Positions 58,416 to 64,000 of a DNA stretch of 64,000 bases are shown here, one piece after another. The DNA is taken from NCBI GenBank assembly GCA_039586365.1, contig JBDHKN010000005.1:64001-128000 (forward strand), given 5' to 3'. A program made the position numbers and the translations under genes. Every line of letters begins with the position of its first letter. Position 1 is the stretch's first letter. The stretch comes from Gemmatimonadota bacterium (GTDB taxonomy: Bacteria; Gemmatimonadota; Gemmatimonadetes; Gemmatimonadales; GWC2-71-9). A model generated the notes under the pieces. It did no database searches, had not been told where the DNA came from, and saw only the letters and a list, made by a program, of their open reading frames with translations.

Positions 58416-58667
58416 GTGGATTTCTTCACATTCATAGCGATCATCATCGTTGGTGCCCCACTGGCAAAGGCCATTGCCACGCGCATTTCTGGGCATCCGG
58501 TCCCCCACGCACTGCGGGGTGTCATCGAGCAGACTGAACAGCGGCTCGAAGAAACCGAACAGCGTCTGGCCGACACTCTCAGCAGACTCAGCGAGGTCGA
58601 GGAGAGGCTCGACTTCGCTGAACGGCTACTTGCCCGGCAAGACACCGCCCACAGGCTTGGCCCCTGA
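58416..58667 (+). CDS. Small membrane protein with coiled-coil tail
   Basis: GAGGAG RBS and GTG start. TM helix, then heptad repeats ending EERLDFAERLL. Confidence 0.7.
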   Translation: MDFFTFIAIIIVGAPLAKAIATRISGHPVPHALRGVIEQTEQRLEETEQRLADTLSRLSEVEERLDFAERLLARQDTAHRLGP

Positions 58668-58684
58668 CTTACCGCGGAGCCAAT

Positions 58685-59473
58685 ATGTCGTTCGATCGCA
58701 TTCACCTTGTGTCTGTCCTGCGCCACGAAGATGGGGTGACGGAGCGACTGACGGACTCGGTCGCAGCTGAGGATCCCCTGGAGATCCGCCTCGGAAACAC
58801 CGCGCTTGCAGTGACCATGCGCACTCCGGGAGAAGACAGCGATCTCGTCCTCGGTTTCTTGCTCTCTGAGGGAATCCTGTTGAGCCCGCATGAGGTCCGT
58901 TCGATCAAGAGGGTTGACGACTCAGTTGTGTCGGTCCAGCTGATTGAAGATGTCACTGTCGATCCTACTCGATTCCAGCGCAACACGTTCATATCGAGCT
59001 CGTGCGGTGTCTGCGGCAAAGCTTCGCTGGAAACGGTTAAGCTCTTGGCGCCGCCCGTAGCCGATTTCAAGGTCCCGCGTTCGGTGCTGGGCCGTCTCAC
59101 AGACGAGCTGCGAGCACACCAACCCACGTTCGACACCACCGGCGGACTGCACGCGGCTGGCGTGTTCGACTTGGCGGGCAACTTGGTCGCAGCACGCGAG
59201 GACGTAGGCAGACACAACGCAGTCGACAAGGTGATCGGCGCCACTGCGGCTGAGAATTGGCCACTACCACGATCCTTGCTGGTGGTTTCGGGCCGCCAAA
59301 GCTTCGAAATCGTGCAGAAGGCAGCGGTCGTCGGCATCAGTGGAGTGGTTGGTGTGTCGGCTCCATCTTCGCTCGCCGTCGACCTCGCCAATACTGTCGG
59401 ACTCCTCTTGGTGGGATTCGCTCGCGGAGACACGTTCAACGTATATGCCGGCGAGCAACACATCAAAGAGTAA
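58685..59473 (+). CDS. fdhD: Formate dehydrogenase accessory sulfurtransferase
   Basis: MRTPG, SSCGVCG, TGGLHAA, EDVGRHNAVDK and SAPSSLA. Confidence 0.95.
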   Translation: MSFDRIHLVSVLRHEDGVTERLTDSVAAEDPLEIRLGNTALAVTMRTPGEDSDLVLGFLLSEGILLSPHEVRSIKRVDDSVVSVQLIEDVTVDPTRFQRNTFISSSCGVCGKASLETVKLLAPPVADFKVPRSVLGRLTDELRAHQPTFDTTGGLHAAGVFDLAGNLVAAREDVGRHNAVDKVIGATAAENWPLPRSLLVVSGRQSFEIVQKAAVVGISGVVGVSAPSSLAVDLANTVGLLLVGFARGDTFNVYAGEQHIKE

Positions 59474-59922
59474 TTGGTGGCTTTCCCTGGCAGTCGTGAT
59501 CAGTCAAGTTGTGAAGCCACGCCGCCGGGATACCTGTGGTCTTCGAAACAAGCATCTCCTGGAACGGAACTAGCTCCTCGGACGTTGAATCACTAGACTC
59601 GGGTGGTGAATCGTTTTTCGGGTACGCAGAACCAAAAGGACGACCTCTGTACCAGACAACCTGCAATCCACCATGCCAGTAGTGCGAGCTGCAAGAATGC
59701 TCTACGACCTGGAGCGGTTTTGGCGTGTCGAGAGCCGGTTGCTGCGCCCGTCGGAATACCCGATCTGGAGGCTGCAACGCTTGCAGGGCCCACCAGTGCC
59801 TAGGTGGGAAATCTAACTGCCACTCCTCACAACAACTTATATTGCCCAGTTGTCAGCCAGCTGCCCGAATTTGGTTGTCATGTGGCTGGGCCGCCGTTCT
59901 GGTTGAATCCTGGCCCAGCGTC

Positions 59923-59938
59923 GGGATCGATTCTTGCA
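59923..59938 (+). promoter_or_regulatory. Possible sigma54 promoter for the exopolysaccharide locus
   Basis: GGGATCGATTCTTGCA: GG-N10-GC spacing with a good -12 (TTGCA) and a weak -24, ~35 nt before the ATG. Confidence 0.4.
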
Positions 59939-59972
59939 ATGTGTTCCCTGGGTCCCTCAGGAGAACCGCGCC

Positions 59973-61451
59973 ATGAAGCGCATCAATACGGGCATCGGCC
60001 CCTTCGACCAGCTAACAGGTGGAATTCGCGCTGGCGGGATTTACGTTGTAGCTGGCGTCCCCGGAAGTGGAAAGTTCGCGGCTCTGCTCCAGTTCCTGAG
60101 TAGCGGCGTTGCAGCCGGCGAATCCGTCGCTCTGCTCACCGGAACTCCGCCGCACCGCGTGTTCGAGCAAGCGGACCACCTGGGTTTCGGTCTCGAGCGG
60201 GCCTGGAAGAGTGGAAAGCTGCGACTGCTGGGTTTCACCGACAATTTTGAACGTTTGCTCCAGAGGGCAGCCGACCCGGAGGACGTATTCAAGGAACTGA
60301 GCGCTTTCATCGGGAATGAGGTGTCACGCCTCGGCATCGATCCGGGGAAGCCGCTGTGGGAAACCAAGGCTGGTACGGCACTCGGTAATCGTTTTGTACA
60401 CTGGGCTGAATCTTACGCAGCGACCACCTGGGTGACCCTTGGCAGCGATCTCTCCGAATCCCTCTCCCCAGCCACCGAATGGGTCCTGCAGACCGCCTCC
60501 GGCGTCTTGAAGATCGAGCGACTACCCAATGGAATCAGACAGCTCTGGATACGCCGGCGCAGTCCCGCTACTGACTCCCAAGGGCCGATCTCTCTCGAGT
60601 TGGTGCCGCGTAAGGGATTGCAGCAACTGTCGGGCCGATTTGACAGACGCCGAACCGATGCTCCATTCGGCGCCGAGCGGCGCCTCATCCTGCTCAGCCT
60701 GGCAGACAAAGTGCCTGCAGAGATCGTCGGCTGGGCTCGGAGCCAGTACGATGTGGTAGAACTCGACCAACCTCTTACTCTGGTAGCACGGCTCCAGGAT
60801 GGCGAAGCCTGTGGGGTGATACTTGCATATGTGGATCGCCGTCGGAGCCGCGACGCGGCAGAAGCCTGTCGTGCCCTCCGACCCCTGACCGCCGCACCGA
60901 TAATAGTGGTTGCGGATGATCGACTCAGAGCCTCGGACCGAACCAGTGCGCTCGATGCGGGTGCAAACGACTTCTTGAGTGATAATTTCAGCGTCGCTGA
61001 GCTCGCGTCCCGCATTGAAAGAGCTGTTCAGTCCACTCGTGGCTTGTCACCGTCCCGCCGGTATCAAGACGTTCCTGCTGAATCGCCTCCTGCAGTCACG
61101 TTGGAGCAAGCCGAATTCGTGAAGCGAGTCAGGGAACGACTCGCAGCTACCCATGACACGATGTTCACTCTCGTCACAGTGACAACCGAACATGACCTAG
61201 ATGACGTGATTGGGGAGGTGCTTGCCCAGCAAATCCGCAGCGACGTCGGTGATTTCGTGGGCCGGACTGCTGCCGGATATGGGGTCGTTCTCCAGGGAGC
61301 CCGGCCGAACCAAGCCGCAGCCTTCCTAGGACGAGTACAGAATGCTCTGGACCAAGCAGGCCTCGGTGATCGGAGGCTCGATGTTGCCCTGTACAACAGC
61401 GCTAATGAGGCGAGCCGGATTGCCGAGATTCTGGAAGCGGGGTCGGGCTGA
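59973..61451 (+). CDS. BcsE-like regulator: degenerate KaiC/RecA ATPase + degenerate REC + degenerate GGDEF-like domain
   Basis: TGIGPFDQLTGG and GVPGSGKF (broken Walker A). ALDAGANDFL...FSVAELASRI (REC C-half). IRSDVGDFVGR...GVVL (GGDEF-like fold without the GGDEF motif). AGGAG RBS. Confidence 0.7.
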   Translation: MKRINTGIGPFDQLTGGIRAGGIYVVAGVPGSGKFAALLQFLSSGVAAGESVALLTGTPPHRVFEQADHLGFGLERAWKSGKLRLLGFTDNFERLLQRAADPEDVFKELSAFIGNEVSRLGIDPGKPLWETKAGTALGNRFVHWAESYAATTWVTLGSDLSESLSPATEWVLQTASGVLKIERLPNGIRQLWIRRRSPATDSQGPISLELVPRKGLQQLSGRFDRRRTDAPFGAERRLILLSLADKVPAEIVGWARSQYDVVELDQPLTLVARLQDGEACGVILAYVDRRRSRDAAEACRALRPLTAAPIIVVADDRLRASDRTSALDAGANDFLSDNFSVAELASRIERAVQSTRGLSPSRRYQDVPAESPPAVTLEQAEFVKRVRERLAATHDTMFTLVTVTTEHDLDDVIGEVLAQQIRSDVGDFVGRTAAGYGVVLQGARPNQAAAFLGRVQNALDQAGLGDRRLDVALYNSANEASRIAEILEAGSG

Positions 61452-61500
61452 ACCGTGATGGAATTCCATCAACGGTAGCTCGTTGTAGGCCTATCTCGCC

Positions 61501-63699
61501 ATGCTAGCCCTGCCGCGTCGGCAAACAACTCGCACTCCCTACTGGCTGAGGTTCTCGCTCATTCTGGCCACTTTGGGAGCGACTACTTCGGCATTCGTAC
61601 TGATTGTGCTGCCGCGGCGGTTCGTGTTGAATGCGAATCTCATCGAGTCAGGCATTACGTTTCCGACCGGGACAATACCGTTCTGGCATCTAGGGCTGCG
61701 ACACGTGATTCCGCCGACCCCGATCATCATACCCGAGCCGATCCTCCCAGGGCCCGCTGAAGTCTTCTGGAGTGAGGTTGTGCCGCTGCTCGACGCGGAG
61801 GCGTTCGAGCGTGCGCAACCAGTGTTCGAGCAGTACCTGGCGGAACATCCCGACGACATCGACGCTTGGCGGGATTACGCCGTGACACTACAGCGCCTCG
61901 GCCATTACGAAGCGGCGGAACAGATCTATCTGAGGCTGGTTGATACTTTCGGAGAGCCAACTGACAAGCTCGACTTGGCCAGACTGCTCCGTGATCAGGG
62001 CAGATTCGAGTCGTCGCTCACACTGTACCGCGAACTGGTGGCAGCGGATCCCTCGGATGTTGAGCTCCACCATGAACTGACACAGACTCTCGTCTGGGCC
62101 GGGAATTACCGCGAAGCGACCTACGCATATCGGACCCTCATGACGGAGTCACCCGACGAGCAGCAATACAGGTTGGAACTAGCTCAGGTGCTGTGGTGGG
62201 ATGGTTACCCGGTGAACGCCCTCAAGCTTCTCCGGGCCTTTCCGAGTGACGCCCCGCAGGCTTCTGAAGCTGAGGTGTTGCGAGCGTACCTCGATTCGCT
62301 CCTGACTGCCGCACTGCCTCCCGGCGAGACACTGATTGAGCAGGCGCGGAGGGCCTTAGAGGTCCAGCACTTCGAACAGGCCACCGCGCTGTATCGAAGA
62401 GCGATATTCCGCGATCCCGCTGATCCCGGCCTCTGGCTCGAATGGGCCGACTTCCAACAGCTTCACCTGCAGGATCTCGCCGCAGCGAGGGATGCACTCA
62501 TCCACGTAGGAACACTGCGCAACCTGACGTCGACGGAGCGTTTTCGTCTGGCTCAGCTCTATTCGTGGACTGGACAGGAAGAGGCTGCTGAGAGTGTGGT
62601 GCTCGCCCTATTGGAGGACGATCCGAACTACACAGAGGCTTGGGTGTTGCTGGGGGATCTATACTCGTGGCAAGGCCACCGAATCCAGGCGGCAAGAGCT
62701 TACCGCCAGGCCCTGGCAAGGGCTCCCACCAACGAGACAGCCCGGCTCGGGCTGGCCAGTGTCCGACAACAGACTGCCGACGCTATTGTTGAGAGTGAGA
62801 GACCTCGGGCCGGGCCACAGGTTCTGCTGTTCCAGGACTCCGACGATTTCTTGCGCCTGGATGTCATGGCGACGGCTAGCCATGTGTGGTCCAACGCGAG
62901 CGCATTGGTGCGCAGCGGCTACCGTCGGATCGAGGGTGCGGCTCTTGACGGAACTCCAGCAACAGAGCAAGGGCCATTCTTGGAAGTGGAAATCGCACGC
63001 TGGTGGCGTTTGGGTACCGTTCGAACATCCTTGGCAACGGGATTGGAGAACTTCAATGATTCTGGCACTGAGCCCACCCTCGAAGTGGGGCTGGAAATGC
63101 CCGACATACACGGCACCTCTCTCACCGCCATCTACCGCCACGGAAGAGCCTTCCCTCAGGCAGTGACGCTTGAGAGCGTGTTAGGTGGCCTCTTAACCGA
63201 ACAACTGGAAGCGTCCTTCTTCCGCCGATTGGACACCTCTTGGGATCTCAGTGGAGCCGCGTCCGTAGCAGCCTTACACGGTACCGATGAGAGCAACACA
63301 CGCCTTCAACTGGCATTCACCACGCGGCGAGCGCTGACGCAGCATTTTAGTGCAGCCATAACGTCACAAGTCCTGACGTTCGGCGAGGCTGCCCCTGTTA
63401 TTCAAGGCAGAAGGCTCTATTGGGATCCTGCGGTATTCTGGTCCAACGGGTTGCAGCTCGCGGTCAGCAGCCCAACCGACAACCCTCTACAGCTCAACGT
63501 CCGGATCACGCCAGGAATGGCACTGACGAAAGAACGGGCCGGCGGGTCTTTGGATTTGGTACCACAGCTCGGAACAGAGGCAGGCTTCGGGTACGAGACC
63601 GATCACATCGAGTTCCGCACCAACGTTATGTATTGGCAGGGCAGGGAAGGCGATTACAGCTCCTTTGGTGCGAACATAGCGTTCGCGATAAAGTACTAG
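61501..63699 (+). CDS. TPR-repeat protein with a probable C-terminal outer-membrane beta-barrel (PgaA/BcsC/PelB-like export protein)
   Basis: N-terminal hydrophobic helix, Pro-rich linker and many TPR-like repeats. Amphipathic beta strands, a YWDP motif and a terminal aromatic residue (FAIKY). Confidence 0.75.
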   Translation: MLALPRRQTTRTPYWLRFSLILATLGATTSAFVLIVLPRRFVLNANLIESGITFPTGTIPFWHLGLRHVIPPTPIIIPEPILPGPAEVFWSEVVPLLDAEAFERAQPVFEQYLAEHPDDIDAWRDYAVTLQRLGHYEAAEQIYLRLVDTFGEPTDKLDLARLLRDQGRFESSLTLYRELVAADPSDVELHHELTQTLVWAGNYREATYAYRTLMTESPDEQQYRLELAQVLWWDGYPVNALKLLRAFPSDAPQASEAEVLRAYLDSLLTAALPPGETLIEQARRALEVQHFEQATALYRRAIFRDPADPGLWLEWADFQQLHLQDLAAARDALIHVGTLRNLTSTERFRLAQLYSWTGQEEAAESVVLALLEDDPNYTEAWVLLGDLYSWQGHRIQAARAYRQALARAPTNETARLGLASVRQQTADAIVESERPRAGPQVLLFQDSDDFLRLDVMATASHVWSNASALVRSGYRRIEGAALDGTPATEQGPFLEVEIARWWRLGTVRTSLATGLENFNDSGTEPTLEVGLEMPDIHGTSLTAIYRHGRAFPQAVTLESVLGGLLTEQLEASFFRRLDTSWDLSGAASVAALHGTDESNTRLQLAFTTRRALTQHFSAAITSQVLTFGEAAPVIQGRRLYWDPAVFWSNGLQLAVSSPTDNPLQLNVRITPGMALTKERAGGSLDLVPQLGTEAGFGYETDHIEFRTNVMYWQGREGDYSSFGANIAFAIKY

Positions 63700-63701
63700 C
63701 A

Positions 63702-64000
63702 ATGGCAGGAAAGATTCGTCCCATCGTCTCCATCCTGAGCACCACCACAGTAGTGTTAGCCACCGTGCTGTTCGTTTACTGGGCAATCCACTCGCCACTC
63801 CAGGTGCAGCGCTTCCTTGTGCGTCTAGTGCTGATCAGCCTGATCATCTTCCTGGCAATATTGTTCGCGCGGTATTTCGCACTCCTGTGGTTCAGCTATC
63901 TCCAGCATGCCGAGAAAGCGGCGAGGGGACGTGTTGAGAGTCATGATCTCCCACCAGTCTCGGTGGTCGTGCCGGCGTACAATGAAGCCAAGGTGCTTGA
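63702..64000 (+). CDS. Membrane-bound GT2 glycosyltransferase (PgaC/IcaA/BcsA-like), runs off the window's right edge
   Basis: Not in the ORF track; translated by hand: two TM helices, then LPPVSVVVPAYNEAKVL. Confidence 0.85.
   Translation, partial: MAGKIRPIVSILSTTTVVLATVLFVYWAIHSPLQVQRFLVRLVLISLIIFLAILFARYFALLWFSYLQHAEKAARGRVESHDLPPVSVVVPAYNEAKVL

Noticed and set aside
59463..59800. Short ORFs in the fdhD-EPS intergenic region, one with an RRAFL Tat-like motif
   Set aside because: No RBS, no mature domain and atypical composition; more likely regulatory DNA.
59973..61451. Circadian KaiC
   Set aside because: Single degenerate ATPase domain fused to REC/GGDEF-like parts; no kaiA or kaiB.
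1..64000. Many long antisense or alternate-frame ORFs in the track (e.g. 1751-2368, 40691-41914, 55690-56595), and any CRISPR, rRNA, tRNA or IS element
   Set aside because: The ORFs are shadows of well-supported genes in GC-rich DNA. No repeat-spacer array, structural RNA gene or transposase was seen by eye.

Overview
GC-rich, gene-dense bacterial chromosome segment, most likely Gemmatimonadota/FCB group. This is an inference from the PorX-like regulator, the short sigma70 lacking region 1.1 and the overall gene repertoire. Most of it is housekeeping: argH, PBP1a, tyrS, a ~16 kb plus-strand run (yebC-ruvCAB-queA-tgt-yajC-def-fmt-thiESG-rsmB-PASTA-rpe-tlpA-cdaR-tsaD-lgt), a minus-strand run (FNR-tamA-tamB-DAG kinase to acpS), and pduO-phzF-aroB-sigA-glcDEF-ygfZ. 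I saw no rRNA, tRNA, CRISPR array or mobile element. Notable parts: (1) Two adjacent type IV minor-pilin cassettes. One sits behind a c-di-GMP-I riboswitch whose P1 stem sequesters the Shine-Dalgarno; the other sits behind a sigma54 promoter. (2) At the right end, the start of an exopolysaccharide secretion locus: a BcsE-like protein (degenerate ATPase-REC-GGDEF), a TPR/beta-barrel protein and a GT2 synthase. (3) A dense DnaA-box cluster upstream of the sigma70 gene (oriC candidate or DnaA-controlled promoter). (4) A DnaB paralog lacking its N-terminal domain, coupled to a small helical gene next to ruvCAB. (5) Smaller items: a perfect 22-bp inverted repeat, a probable AUA start for aroB, and an in-frame deletion in phzF. 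All domain assignments come from motifs read by eye; no database search was run.
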